NCBI GenBank assembly: GCA_046756565.1 | Contig: JBHHWO010000005.1 | Coordinates: 1-63,477 of the forward strand | DNA: 63,477 nt | Direction: 5' to 3' | From: Thermoanaerobaculia bacterium | Lineage (GTDB): Bacteria; Acidobacteriota; Thermoanaerobaculia; Multivoradales; JAHEKO01 | In this document: positions 38,040-48,764 of the stretch, one piece after another | Layout of the letters: each line of letters begins with the position of its first letter | Position numbering within the stretch: position 1 is the stretch's first letter | Position numbers and translations under genes: made by a program | Notes under the pieces: model-generated | Seen by the model: only the letters and a program-made list of their open reading frames with translations | Databases searched by the model: none | What the model was told of the DNA's origin: nothing

Positions 38040-38786
38040 CTAATGAGCCCCTGCGGGCGAGTTTTCGAACAGAAAGAGGCGCCCTGCAGGCTCGAAGCCC
38101 AGTTCGCCGGCCAGGGTCCTGGATGCGACGTTCCAGGAGTGCGCGCCCCAGACCGCCGACTTGCCACGAGAGCGCATTCGATCTGCCAGGAATCCGACCG
38201 TGGCCGCCGCCAGGCCGCGGCGGCGATAACCCTCGGCGGTGTTGATCGAGATGTCCCACAGCGTGTCGGTCTCGCACGCGACGTAGCAGAAGGACACCGC
38301 CCGTCCGTCGACCCAGGCCGCGGCCAGGTCTGTGCGCTCGAGAGCCTCCCAGAGCTCGTCCGCGAGCGGACCCGGCAGGTGCTCGAGATCCGCTGCGGTG
38401 GCGGCGCCAGGCAGCCGGATGTCGGCCCCAGAGACTCTCTCAGGTGTCGAGAGGCCGCCCGCCGGCTCGCGAAAGATGTCGGCCTCGGTCGCGTTCCAGG
38501 TTGCGAGGGCCAACCGGGCATCGGATGTGAAGCCCTTCGGAATCACCACCGCCCATTCTCCGGACTCTTGGTGACCGCCGATGTCCGAGAATGCTTCGAG
38601 CACCAGCGCTTCGGAGGCCGCGCCGCCGATACCCCCGAGCCGGAGCCGGTCCGATCGGATCGCGTACCCGCGCTCGTCGCCGAACAGTCGGCACTCTCGA
38701 TCCAGCAGTGCCGCTCGCGCTTCGATCCAGACCGGATGATCGGGAACGATCTCGAGCAGTACCTGTCTTAGCCGATCGGTACACAT
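38040..38786 (-). CDS. GNAT family acetyltransferase
   Basis: TAEGYRRRGLA acetyl-CoA motif and NVAS..LA..LGF. Start ATG 38786 after TG-C-TAGGTT. Confidence 0.82.
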   Translation of the reverse strand: MCTDRLRQVLLEIVPDHPVWIEARAALLDRECRLFGDERGYAIRSDRLRLGGIGGAASEALVLEAFSDIGGHQESGEWAVVIPKGFTSDARLALATWNATEADIFREPAGGLSTPERVSGADIRLPGAATAADLEHLPGPLADELWEALERTDLAAAWVDGRAVSFCYVACETDTLWDISINTAEGYRRRGLAAATVGFLADRMRSRGKSAVWGAHSWNVASRTLAGELGFEPAGRLFLFENSPAGAH

Positions 38787-38838
38787 GAGCGGCAACCTAG
38801 CACTCACGCGGGGTTTCGGCGTCGGATACCATCGCGCG

Positions 38839-39822
38839 ATGGGATCCGCTCTCGGGCTCGTGTGCATCGGCCTCGCAATCGCCGGCGGCTGCCGACAGGC
38901 GCCCTCCCTCGAGGCCGCCGCGAGTCCGAGCGGGTCTCCCACTGCCAAGGCAAGACCGTTCGTGCGCGTGCTCGGCTCGGTTCAGGACGGCGGCTTTCCG
39001 CATGCCGCGTGCAACGGCGAAGCCTGCCGGAGAGCGCGCTCCGAAGCCAACCCGCGATACATCGCCAGCGTCGCCCTTGTGCTGCCCGAATCCGGGAAAG
39101 TCTACCTCTTCGACGCGACGCCGGACGTGCGCGAGCAGCTCGGGCTTCTCGACGACGTACGCGGTTCACTGCCCAACGGGGTCGACCGCGATCCGGTCGA
39201 CGGCATCTTTCTCAGCCACGCCCACATGGGCCACTACCTCGGCCTCGCGTTCTTCGGCTACGAAGCGGTACACACTCGGGAAATGCCGCTCTATGTGACT
39301 CCCAGCATGGCGTCGTTCTTGAGCGAGAACGGCCCCTGGAGTCAGCTGGTCGGTAAGGACAACGTCTATATCCAGGAGATTCCTTCGGGCGCCAAGGTCG
39401 AGCTCGAGGAGGGTATCTCGGTGACCATGGTGCCGTCGCCGCATCGGGAGGAGTACTCCGATACGGTCGGATTCCTGATCCGGAGCCCGGAGCGTGGAGT
39501 ACTGTTCGTACCGGACACCGACGCCTGGCGGCATTGGTCACCCACGATCGAGGACTGGCTGGCGCAAGCCGACGTCGCCCTCCTCGACGGCACATTCTTC
39601 TCCCGGGACGAGCTTCCCAACCGGTCGATCGCCGAGATCGGTCACCCGCTGGTCACCGAGACGCTCGAGCGGTTCGAGGATCTGGTCTCCGGCGGCAAAG
39701 AGATTCTCTTCACCCACATGAACCACTCGAATCCGATCCTCCTCGACAACTCGAGCGAGGCTCGAAGGGTCACGGACGCCGGTTTCGAGATCGCGCGCGA
39801 AGGTATGGAGTTCGGCCTGTGA
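38839..39822 (+). CDS. MBL-fold metallohydrolase, PqqB-like, probable lipoprotein
   Basis: GSVQDGGFPH, DATPD, SHAHMGHY, LDGTF and THMNHSN motifs; AGGC lipobox-like. Confidence 0.8.
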   Translation: MGSALGLVCIGLAIAGGCRQAPSLEAAASPSGSPTAKARPFVRVLGSVQDGGFPHAACNGEACRRARSEANPRYIASVALVLPESGKVYLFDATPDVREQLGLLDDVRGSLPNGVDRDPVDGIFLSHAHMGHYLGLAFFGYEAVHTREMPLYVTPSMASFLSENGPWSQLVGKDNVYIQEIPSGAKVELEEGISVTMVPSPHREEYSDTVGFLIRSPERGVLFVPDTDAWRHWSPTIEDWLAQADVALLDGTFFSRDELPNRSIAEIGHPLVTETLERFEDLVSGGKEILFTHMNHSNPILLDNSSEARRVTDAGFEIAREGMEFGL

Positions 39823-40541
39823 GCGACGCCGACGAAGCCCTCTACTTCCGGCAGCTCCTCGCCGGGCGACAGGTGGCGACCACGCACCCGGTCGCCGGGC
39901 AGATGGCCAACTTCATGTATCTGCTGGGCGACGTCGAGACTCGGAAAGCGTTCATCGTGGATCCCGCGTGGGATGTCCAGAGCCTGATCGACACCGCGAG
40001 TGCTGACGGCTACGAGATCGCCGGCGCCCTGGTGACCCATTACCATCCGGACCATGTCGGCGGAGATCTCTTCGGGCTCTCGGTCGAGGGTCTGGCGCGC
40101 CTCCTCGAACACAAGGGCGTTCCGGTCTACGTCAACAAGAACGAAGCCGATGGCTTGATGCAAGTGACCGGACTCTCGGAGTCGGATCTGCGCCGCGTGG
40201 AGAGTGACGAAACGGTCACCATCGGCAAGATCCCGATTCGCTGCCTTCATACGCCCGGACACACACCGGGCAGCCAGTGCTTTCTGATCGGCGACCGGCT
40301 GGTCGCTGGCGACACCCTGTTCGTTCAGGGCTGTGGCCGCGTAGATCTCCCGGGCGGGAATCCCGACCAGATGTACGAGAGCCTCACCCAGAAGCTGGCC
40401 AAGCTCCCGGTCGAGACGGTGCTTTACCCCGGGCACCACTACGGCCCGACCGAGACCTCGACGATCGGTGCGGAGCTCGACAACAACGTCTATCTCAAGA
40501 TCAAGAGCTTGGAGGATTGGCGGCAGCTGATGGGGCGGTAG
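39819..40541 (+). CDS. MBL-fold hydrolase, glyoxalase II-like
   Basis: THYHPDH, HTPGHTPGS, GDTLF, GCGR and PGHHY motifs. GTGA overlap. Confidence 0.88.
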   Translation: MSDADEALYFRQLLAGRQVATTHPVAGQMANFMYLLGDVETRKAFIVDPAWDVQSLIDTASADGYEIAGALVTHYHPDHVGGDLFGLSVEGLARLLEHKGVPVYVNKNEADGLMQVTGLSESDLRRVESDETVTIGKIPIRCLHTPGHTPGSQCFLIGDRLVAGDTLFVQGCGRVDLPGGNPDQMYESLTQKLAKLPVETVLYPGHHYGPTETSTIGAELDNNVYLKIKSLEDWRQLMGR

Positions 40542-40757
40542 AGGGGCAGCGAAGCTAGCCGTGTCTGGGGCCCGCGTCGGCGGATCGACTCCGTCGAGTG
40601 CGGCACGAGACGACCGACCGAGGGACGCGACACCGGGGTCTTGGCCTGCAATGCACTGATCGGCGAATCGAAGCCGGTCGGCTGGTTCGTGACAAATGGC
40701 GCCTGTGGTTGAGCCGACCTCTCTCGACCCACCCCTTGACACCACCAACCGAACATT

Positions 40758-40790
40758 GAAACATACGTTTGATTCAAACGTACGATTGAA
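40758..40790 (+). promoter_or_regulatory. Tandem TetR (PsrA-like) operator
   Basis: GAAAC-atac-GTTTG at 40758-40771 and CAAAC-gtac-GATTG at 40775-40788, just before the AGGAGG RBS. Confidence 0.65.
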
Positions 40791-40804
40791 TCAGGAGGCA
40801 ACGT

Positions 40805-41500
40805 ATGGCAGAGACCCTCGAGACCAAGACACCGACCGAGACACCGGCCGGGCACGAGGCGGGCCGTGCCTCGGACACCCGGACCAAGCTCCTGGACACA
40901 GCGGAGCATCTGTTCGCCCACGAAGGGGTCGATCGAGCCTCTTTGCGCTCGATCACGCAGGCGGCCGGGGCCAATCTGGCCGCGGTCCACTACCACTTCG
41001 GCTCGAAAGAGGCCCTGGTCCGCGAGGTGCTGGCGCGGCGCCTGAGTCCGCTCAACCGGCGCCGGCTCGAGCTCCTCGACGAAGTCGAGCGAGCGAGCGA
41101 AAGCCCCGCACTCGAGGCGATCGTGCACGCCTTCGTGCGGCCGGCCTTGGAGATGGTTCAAAGGGAGCGCGGCGGGCACGCGTTCGCCCGCTTCGTCTGC
41201 CGCACCTTTACCGAGCCCGACGAGGGGTTTCGTGACCTGGTCATGGACCAATTTCGCGAAATCGCCGATCGGTTTTCGGCCGCGCTACATCGCGCGCTCC
41301 CGGACCTACCGCGTGAGGAGCTCTTCTGGCGCTTTCATTTCATGGTCGGCTCGATGGTCCACACGGCCGGCATGGGCTTCGTCGCTCACCGCCTTTCCGG
41401 CGGGCTCTGCGACCCGACCGACGTCGACGGACTCGTCGACCGGCTGGTCGCGTTCCTGAGCGGCGGTCTTCAGGCGGAGACGAGCTCCCGTGCGAGCTAA
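40805..41500 (+). CDS. TetR family regulator (PsrA-like)
   Basis: SLRSITQAAGANLAAVHYHFGSKE HTH; WRFHFMVG C-terminal motif. Confidence 0.9.
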   Translation: MAETLETKTPTETPAGHEAGRASDTRTKLLDTAEHLFAHEGVDRASLRSITQAAGANLAAVHYHFGSKEALVREVLARRLSPLNRRRLELLDEVERASESPALEAIVHAFVRPALEMVQRERGGHAFARFVCRTFTEPDEGFRDLVMDQFREIADRFSAALHRALPDLPREELFWRFHFMVGSMVHTAGMGFVAHRLSGGLCDPTDVDGLVDRLVAFLSGGLQAETSSRAS

Positions 41501-43013
41501 TCTTCTGCTTGCTTCGCTCTTCGCTCTGGTGAGCTGCGCCGGCGCTCAGGCTCCCGAGACGGCAGGCACCACGGCCGCGCTCGCTCCTGAGCAATGGCAG
41601 GCCGCGACGGGCGCGGATACCGCCGACCCGGCCGGGGCGGGAGTCGACGCCATGTGGTGGCAGGGGTTCGAAGATCCCCGGCTCGACCGACTGATCGAGA
41701 TCGCGCTCGAGTCGAACCGCGATCTCCGGTCGGCGGCCGCCCGGCTCGACGCCGCCTTCGCGCAGGCGCGCATCGCCGGAGCCCAGCTCAAACCGCAAGC
41801 AGGGCTTTCGGTGAACGGGAACCGGAGCAGACAGAACTTCATCGGTCTGCCGATTCCGGGTGCCGAGGGCGGGGTCCTGAGCAACACTTCGACCAGCATC
41901 GGCGCCGTGCTCAACGTGTCGTGGGAAGTCGATCTCTGGGGGCGGGTTCGGGCCGGCCGAGACGCCGCCGAGAGTCGCGCCGAGGCCGCGCTGTTCGATC
42001 TGGCAGGCGCCGGCCTGTCGGTCTCGGGGCAGGTCGCCAAGGCATGGTTCGCGTTTCTCGAGAGCGCCAGCCAGGTGGATCTGGCCGCCGAGACGCTCGA
42101 CAACCGGAGACGAGTCCGGGAGCGGATCGAGCGCCGGTACCGGTCCGGGCTGCGCACCGCGCTGGAGCTGAGACTGGCGATCTCAAACGAAGAGAACTCG
42201 GCCGCCGTTCTCGCCGGCCGCGAGCGCCTGCACGACCTGACTCGCCGCCAACTCGAGGCGCTGCTCGCCCGGGAGCCCAGCGCTCTGGCGCTTCTGGACG
42301 AGGTCGAGTCCGGCACCGCGGAGCTCCCGGACCTGCCGCGGCCGCCGATGCCGGACCTGCCGATCGACGCCCTGCGACGGCGTCCCGACCTGCGTGCCTC
42401 GGAGAGCCGCCTTGCCGCGGCCGGCCTCGACGTCGCGGCCGCGCGCCGCATGCTCTATCCGCAGTTGACCCTGACCGGCTCGACCGGCAGGTCCAGCAAT
42501 CAACTCGAAGACCTCGTGGAGAGCGACTTCTCGATCTGGAGCGTTGCCGCGGGAATCCTGCAGCCATTGTTCCAAGGCGGCCGTCTGCGGGCGGGCGTCG
42601 ACCTGGCCAAAGCCGGCCGGCGCGATCTCCTGGCCCGACATGAGGGCGCCGTCATTCGAGCGATCACCGACGTTGAGGGCCAGCTCGCGGCCGACGGCCT
42701 TCTTGCCAGCCAGTACGCCGCGACCAAGGCCGCGACCGAAGCCGCCACCGCCGCTCGCGACCTCGCCGAGAACCGCTACTTCGCCGGCCTCTCGGACTAC
42801 CTGGCGGTTCTGGCGGCGGAGGCCAGCGCGACCACTGCCGCGAGCCAACTTCTCGACATCGAACGGCAGCGGCTCGGCCAACGGGTCGACCTCTACCTCG
42901 CGCTCGGAGGCGGTCTGCCACTGCCTCCGAGCACTGAAGACAATCCCGGGGATCCGGGCCGGGCCGTTGCCGACCTGGCGGAGCCCGCGGAAGACACCGA
43001 GGATCTGAAATGA
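41490..43013 (+). CDS. RND efflux outer-membrane lipoprotein (NodT/OprM family)
   Basis: Lipobox LVSC; WWQGF.DP.L, SWEVDLWG, RRPD and LYLALGGG motifs. Confidence 0.92.
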   Translation: MRANLLLASLFALVSCAGAQAPETAGTTAALAPEQWQAATGADTADPAGAGVDAMWWQGFEDPRLDRLIEIALESNRDLRSAAARLDAAFAQARIAGAQLKPQAGLSVNGNRSRQNFIGLPIPGAEGGVLSNTSTSIGAVLNVSWEVDLWGRVRAGRDAAESRAEAALFDLAGAGLSVSGQVAKAWFAFLESASQVDLAAETLDNRRRVRERIERRYRSGLRTALELRLAISNEENSAAVLAGRERLHDLTRRQLEALLAREPSALALLDEVESGTAELPDLPRPPMPDLPIDALRRRPDLRASESRLAAAGLDVAAARRMLYPQLTLTGSTGRSSNQLEDLVESDFSIWSVAAGILQPLFQGGRLRAGVDLAKAGRRDLLARHEGAVIRAITDVEGQLAADGLLASQYAATKAATEAATAARDLAENRYFAGLSDYLAVLAAEASATTAASQLLDIERQRLGQRVDLYLALGGGLPLPPSTEDNPGDPGRAVADLAEPAEDTEDLK

Positions 43014-44200
43014 CGAAACGATTCCGAGTCCTGCTGCCGATTCTCGTGATCCTGGGCAGCGTCGCCGTGGCCGCGATGATCGTCCGGGCGAGACCGGCGG
43101 TCGAACGCATCGAGGCGCGGGCGCAGCCCCCGCTCGTCCGCGTGATTCAGGTCACGCGCGAGGCGATACCCCTCAACGTGACCTCGAGCGGGGTCGTCAA
43201 GGCCGCCTCGCAATCGACCCTGGTGGCCCAGGTCGGTGCGCGAGTCGCGAGCCTCTCGGCCGACTTCGCCGAGGGATCCTTTTTTCGGAAGGGCCAGGTG
43301 CTGGCCCGTCTCGATCCCCGCGATTTCGAGCTTGCAGTGACCCAGGCCGAAGCGCGGGTGGCGCAAGCCGAGGTGCAACTCGAGCGCGAGCAGGCCGAGG
43401 TCGAGATGGCGATCGAGGAGTGGACCGAGCTGGGGTCGGGAGAGCCAGCGACCCTGGTCCTCCGAGAGCCGCAACTCGCTCAGGCCAGGGCGGAGGTCAA
43501 GGCTTCTCGAGCCAGCCTCGAGCAAGCGCGGCTGCAGCTCGAACGCTCGGTGATCCGGGCACCGTACGCGGGTCGCGTCCAGAGGAAGCTCGTCGACGTC
43601 GGCCAGTACGTGAATCCGGGCAGTCCACTGGCGGAGGTCTACTCCACAGATCGTGCCGAAATCGATCTGAAAGTCCCCCAGGACGAGCTGGCGTTTCTCC
43701 AGGTGTCTCTGGGAAGGCCAAGCGGCCCTCAGCCGGCGGTGAGACTCAACGGCCGGATCGGGACGACATCCGTTTCCTGGCCCGCGCGGATCGTGCGCAC
43801 GGGAAGCCAGATCGATCCGCAAACGCGCATGGTCTCGTTGATCGCAGAGATCGACGATCCGTTCTCTCTCGCAGACAGTCATACCGCCCCGCTGCCGATG
43901 GGCCTGTATCTGGACGCGGAGATAGCCGGCAGAACGGCCGACGACGCGATTGCGCTACCGCGCGCGGCCCTGCGGGACGATTACCGCGTCCTCGTGGTCG
44001 ACCCGGACAATCGGCTCGATATCCGCGACGTCGAGATTCTGAGGATCGGCACGCGTGAGGTGGTCGTCACCGCCGGACTCGAGAGCGGCGAGCAGGTTTG
44101 TATCTCGCCGCTGACGGCGGTTATCGAAGGCATGAGGGTGCGCGTCCAGAGCACCGACGAGCCGGTTCGGACCGCCACGCCAAAAGGAGATCTGTCGTGA
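43010..44200 (+). CDS. RND periplasmic adaptor (MFP)
   Basis: N-terminal TM; GQVLARLD, IRAPYAG and DPQTR motifs. Confidence 0.9.
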   Translation: MTKRFRVLLPILVILGSVAVAAMIVRARPAVERIEARAQPPLVRVIQVTREAIPLNVTSSGVVKAASQSTLVAQVGARVASLSADFAEGSFFRKGQVLARLDPRDFELAVTQAEARVAQAEVQLEREQAEVEMAIEEWTELGSGEPATLVLREPQLAQARAEVKASRASLEQARLQLERSVIRAPYAGRVQRKLVDVGQYVNPGSPLAEVYSTDRAEIDLKVPQDELAFLQVSLGRPSGPQPAVRLNGRIGTTSVSWPARIVRTGSQIDPQTRMVSLIAEIDDPFSLADSHTAPLPMGLYLDAEIAGRTADDAIALPRAALRDDYRVLVVDPDNRLDIRDVEILRIGTREVVVTAGLESGEQVCISPLTAVIEGMRVRVQSTDEPVRTATPKGDLS

Positions 44201-47200
44201 ACGGCGCGATCCGATGGTTCGCCCGCAACGGTGTGGCCGCCAACCTGTTGATGGTCTTCATCATCGTCACCGGCTTGATGACGGTCTTCGGCATCAAGCG
44301 GGAGGTTTTCCCTGAGTTCTCGATCGACATGATCACGATCGCGGTTCCCTACCCCGGCGCCGCGCCCGAAGAAGTCGAAGAGGGCGTCGTGGTCCGAGTC
44401 GAAGAGGCGATTCAGGATCTCGCCGGAATCGACGACATACGCTCCACCGCCTCGGAGAACGCCGCGGCGATCGTGGTCGAGGCCATGGACGGCGCCGACA
44501 TCGAGCGCCTTCTGAACGACATTAAGGCCCGCGTGGACGCGATCGACACGTTTCCCGATGAGGCCGAGGAGCCGATCATCGAAGAGGTCATTCGACGCAC
44601 CCAGGTCATCGAAGTGGCGGTCTCGGGCGATGCGGATGAGCGCTCGCTCAAGCGACTCGGCGAGCGCGTACGCGACGATCTTTCCAACCTGCCCGCGATT
44701 ACCCAGGTGGAGTTGGTTGCCGCTCGCGCCTACGAGATCTCGATCGAGGTCAGTGAGCAGGATCTTCGCAGTTACGGCCTGACCTTCGACGAGGTCGCGT
44801 CCGCGGTACGCCGGTACTCGCTCGATCTGCCCGGGGGCAGGATTCGCAGTCGCGACGGCGAGATTCTCCTGCGAACCGAGGGACAGGCGTACGACCGGGC
44901 CGAGTTCGCGCGCGTACCACGTCGCCAACGTGGTCGATGGCTTCGCCGACACCGATCTCTGGGCGCGATTCAATGGCCGCCCTGCGGTGGTCGTGCAGGT
45001 CTTCCGCGTCGGTGAGCAGAGCGCCCTCGAGGTGGCCGACGCGGTCAAGAGCTATGTCGCCGGCGCACGGCGGAGAATGCCCGAAGGGATCTTTCTCGAG
45101 ACCTGGCGGGACGAGACAGTGGTGCTGCGCGGCAGGCTCGAGCTGCTCACCAGGAACGGCCTCGCCGGCTTTGCTCTGGTGCTCCTGGTGCTGTCCTTGT
45201 TTCTGAAGCTGCGGTTGGCCGGCTGGGTGTCGGTCGGCATTCCAATCTCGTTTCTCGGCGCCGTGCTGTTCATGCCCGTGAACGACGTATCGCTCAATGT
45301 CATTTCCCTGTTCGCATTCATCGTCGTTCTCGGCATCGTCGTCGACGACGCCATCATCGTCGGCGAGAACATTTACACCGAGTACCAGTCCGGCCTCGAG
45401 GGCCTGGAGGCGGCGGAGGCCGGCGCTCTGGAAGTAGCCAAGCCGGTGGTCTTCGCCGTTCTGACCAGTGTCGCCGCCTTCTCTCCCCTCTTGGCGGTGT
45501 CGACCACCATGGGCAAGATCATGCGGGTGGTCCCGGTCATCGTGATCGCGACGCTCCTTTTCTCGCTCATCGAGTCGCTGTTCATTCTGCCCAACCATCT
45601 CTCCCATCTGAAGCACCCCAAGCCCGGGGAAGACCGGGAGCGGGGTCCCTGGAGCCGCCTCCAGCGCCGCCTGAGCACCGGGCTCGAGAGGCTGATCGAG
45701 ACAACCTACCGGCCGACTCTCAAGTGGGCTATTCGCTGGCGCTACGCGACCGTGGCGATCGGTGTCGCCGGGCTGATCGTGACCTTCGCGGTGGTCCGAG
45801 GCGGATGGGTCAAGTTCAGCTTCTTTCCGGACGTCGAGGCCGACAACACGGCGGCGATGCTGACCATGCCACAGGGAACTCCGGCCGAGGTCACCGCCGA
45901 CGGCGTCGAGCGGCTCGAGGCCGCGGCGCTCGAGCTCGCCGCCGAGATCGAAAACGAGACCGGAGACCGGGCGATCCGCCACGTACTATCCTCGGTGGGC
46001 GATCAACCCTACCGGGCCGCTCAGAACCGCGGTGTGACAGGCAGCGCGAGCTTCGATGCTCCTCACCTCGGAGAGGTCACACTCGAGCTGCAGCCAGCGG
46101 AGGAGCGATCGATCTCATCGACCGAGATCGCCGACCGCTGGCGCGGCAAAGTCGGTGAGATCCCGGACGTGGTCGAGCTGACCTACAGCTCGTCGATCTT
46201 CAGCTCGGGCGACGCCATCAACGTCGAGCTCTTCGGCCCCGATCTCGGCCATCTGACCGAGGTGGCACGAACACTCAAGGGCGAGCTGGCGGCTTACCCC
46301 GGCGTTCGCGACATCGCCGATTCGTTTCGAGCCGGCAAGCGGGAGATAGAACTCGAGCTCACTCGCGAGGCGGAACTCGCGGGCCTGAGCCAGGTCGACC
46401 TGGCTCGGCAGGTGCGTCAGGCGTTTTACGGCGAAGAGGCCCAACGCATCCAGCGTGGCCGCGATGACGTCAAGGTGATGGTCCGCTACCCCGAGGGAGA
46501 CCGCAAGTCGCTCGCGGATCTCGAGTTGATGAGGATTCGCAACCCCGAGGGAGCGGAGGTGCCACTGGCGTCGGCGGCGAGGACCAGCATGAGCCGCGGG
46601 CCGGCCGCGATCAACCGCACCAATCGCAACCGGGTCGTCAACGTGACCGCGGACGTCGACGCGGAGATCGCGAATGCCAACGAGATCATCGCCGACCTCG
46701 ACAACCGGGTGCTGCCGGGCGTTCTCGCGGACTACCCCGAGATCCGCTTCTCCTTCGAAGGCGAGCAGGAAGAGCAGCGCCAGACCATGCAGGATCTTTT
46801 TCGCGGCTTCGCAGTCGCGCTCCTGGTGATCTACGGCCTCCTGGCGATTCCGTTTCGCTCCTACCTGCAGCCACTCATCGTGATGAGCGCGATTCCGTTC
46901 GGACTGATCGGAGCAGTCTGGGGACACGTGCTGATGGGATTGGATCTGGCGATCCTCTCGATGTTCGGCATCGTTGCCCTTACCGGGGTGGTGGTCAACG
47001 ACAGCCTGGTGCTGGTCGCCTTCATCAACCGATCGACCCGCCGCGGCTCGACTCTGCGCGAAGCCATCGAGCACGCCGGCGTCGCTCGATTCCGGCCGAT
47101 TCTCTTGACCTCTCTCACCACCTTCGCCGGGCTGACGCCGCTGCTGCTCGAGAAGAGCATGCAGGCGCAGTTCTTGATCCCGATGGCTGTTTCGTTGGCT

Positions 47201-47341
47201 TTCGGTGTGCTGTTTGCTACATTTATTACGCTCATTCTCGTTCCGGCCCTGTACTCGATCGTCGAGGACGTACGCGAGGGTCTTTCCAGGTTCGTCTCGG
47301 CGGACCGCGAGGCGGGCGACGCACGGGAGGTCACCGCGTAG
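44197..47341 (+). pseudogene. RND (AcrB/D/F family) permease split by an apparent internal deletion/frameshift near 44917-44921
   Basis: The N-terminal part (NGVAANLLM...AEFARVP) and the C-terminal part (VANVVDGF...GIVVDDAIIVGEN...RFRPILLTSLTT) are in different frames. Span of 3145 nt is not a multiple of 3. Confidence 0.8.
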
Positions 47342-47360
47342 CGAGCGAGGCACGACGATC

Positions 47361-48764
47361 ATGGAGATCCAGGGAAGACGAGCGACCGACGCCCTCCGGG
47401 CTGTCGACGGCGTGGTCGATTCGTACCTGCGGCACAGCAACCTGGGTGGCCGACGGATCGCCAACCTGGCGGCGACCATCGCGATCGAAAACTCCGGAGC
47501 CGGCTGGGGCTCGCTGCTTCTGAACGACGGCGAGGGCCTCAACCCCACGCTGGCGATTCAAGACGATCTCACCGCCGCGGACGCGGTCTTCGAAGGTGAT
47601 GACGAGACCTATCTGCGTCGCGCCGAGGACACAGCCGAGCTGGTGGTCGCTGAGGGACGCATCGCCGCCCCGATCGTCCTCGACGGCCGGGTCAAAGGCG
47701 TCCTCTACCTGCGCAACTTCGACCAGCCGCCGAGCGAAGCGGTTCAGAAGCTAGCCAACAGCGTCGCCACGCGTATCGCGAGCCTGCTCAAGAACGCCGA
47801 GCTGCTCGAGGCTCTGGATCGAACCAAGGACGACATCCACGCGCTGGCCCAGTTGAGCGAGAGCTTCGCCGCCGGCCAACTGGGCAGCGATCAGCTCGAA
47901 GAGACCGTCATCAGAGCGACCAGTGGCACCCGCAGCGACGGTGGCGTGATCGGCCTGTTCTCCAGGGAAGGACGACTCGACGAGCGCTTCACGACCGGAT
48001 TCGACGGCCAAGGCTTGATCGACGAGCTGCTTTCGGGAGAGGTCACACCGGAGGACCTGTCGATCGTCGAGAGTGGCCTGCCGGGGTCCGTGATCTTCGA
48101 GCCGCTCTCGCCGGACGTGCTCCACCGGCGCTCGAAGGGCAAGGCCGGAGGGTTTCTCGCGGTCTACCGGGATGTCTCAGTGCCTTACCGTCTGTCGGAG
48201 GGCTCCTTCATTCGCGCAATCGCCAACCTGCTCTCCGGTGCGCTGGCGCGCCGGGACTATTTCCGCCAGGCTTCCGAGGACGCGCTGACCTCCACCGGAT
48301 CGCGGTTCGCGCTTCAACTCGAGCTGGCCGAGGCGGAGGCGCGCAGCCTGAAGACCGGTCTGCCGTTCACCATCCTGCTCGCCGACATCGACCAGTTCAA
48401 GGAGATCAACGACGACTACGGCCACTTGGTCGGGGACGAGGTCTTGAAAGACGTTGCCGAAGTTCTCCGTTGCCGTCTCCGGTCTCTCGACTCGGTTTCA
48501 CGCTACGGCGGCGACGAGTTCGTCGTGCTGTTGCCGGACACGCGCCTGGAGCCCGCGACCGGGTTGGCGCAGGAGCTTCGCGAGTTGGTGGAGGCGAAGA
48601 GCTTCGCAGCGCTCGCCGACTCGGTCACGATCTCGATGGGAGTCGCCGAATACGGCACCGGACACACCGCGGCCGAGACGCTGCGGCGAGCAGACCTCGC
48701 GCTCTACCAGTCCAAGCAGCAGGGCAGGAACCGGGTCACCCAGTACAGCAGCGATTTGGAATGA
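47361..48764 (+). CDS. Diguanylate cyclase with GAF-like sensor region
   Basis: [24 protein letters not shown]-site, RYGGDEF and GRNR motifs. Confidence 0.9.
   Translation: MEIQGRRATDALRAVDGVVDSYLRHSNLGGRRIANLAATIAIENSGAGWGSLLLNDGEGLNPTLAIQDDLTAADAVFEGDDETYLRRAEDTAELVVAEGRIAAPIVLDGRVKGVLYLRNFDQPPSEAVQKLANSVATRIASLLKNAELLEALDRTKDDIHALAQLSESFAAGQLGSDQLEETVIRATSGTRSDGGVIGLFSREGRLDERFTTGFDGQGLIDELLSGEVTPEDLSIVESGLPGSVIFEPLSPDVLHRRSKGKAGGFLAVYRDVSVPYRLSEGSFIRAIANLLSGALARRDYFRQASEDALTSTGSRFALQLELAEAEARSLKTGLPFTILLADIDQFKEINDDYGHLVGDEVLKDVAEVLRCRLRSLDSVSRYGGDEFVVLLPDTRLEPATGLAQELRELVEAKSFAALADSVTISMGVAEYGTGHTAAETLRRADLALYQSKQQGRNRVTQYSSDLE

Noticed and set aside
38839-39822. PQQ biosynthesis cluster
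   Set aside because: No pqqA peptide, pqqC, pqqD or radical-SAM pqqE nearby.
44905-44935. Programmed ribosomal frameshift in the RND gene
   Set aside because: No slippery heptamer or homopolymer, and conserved residues are missing rather than shifted.
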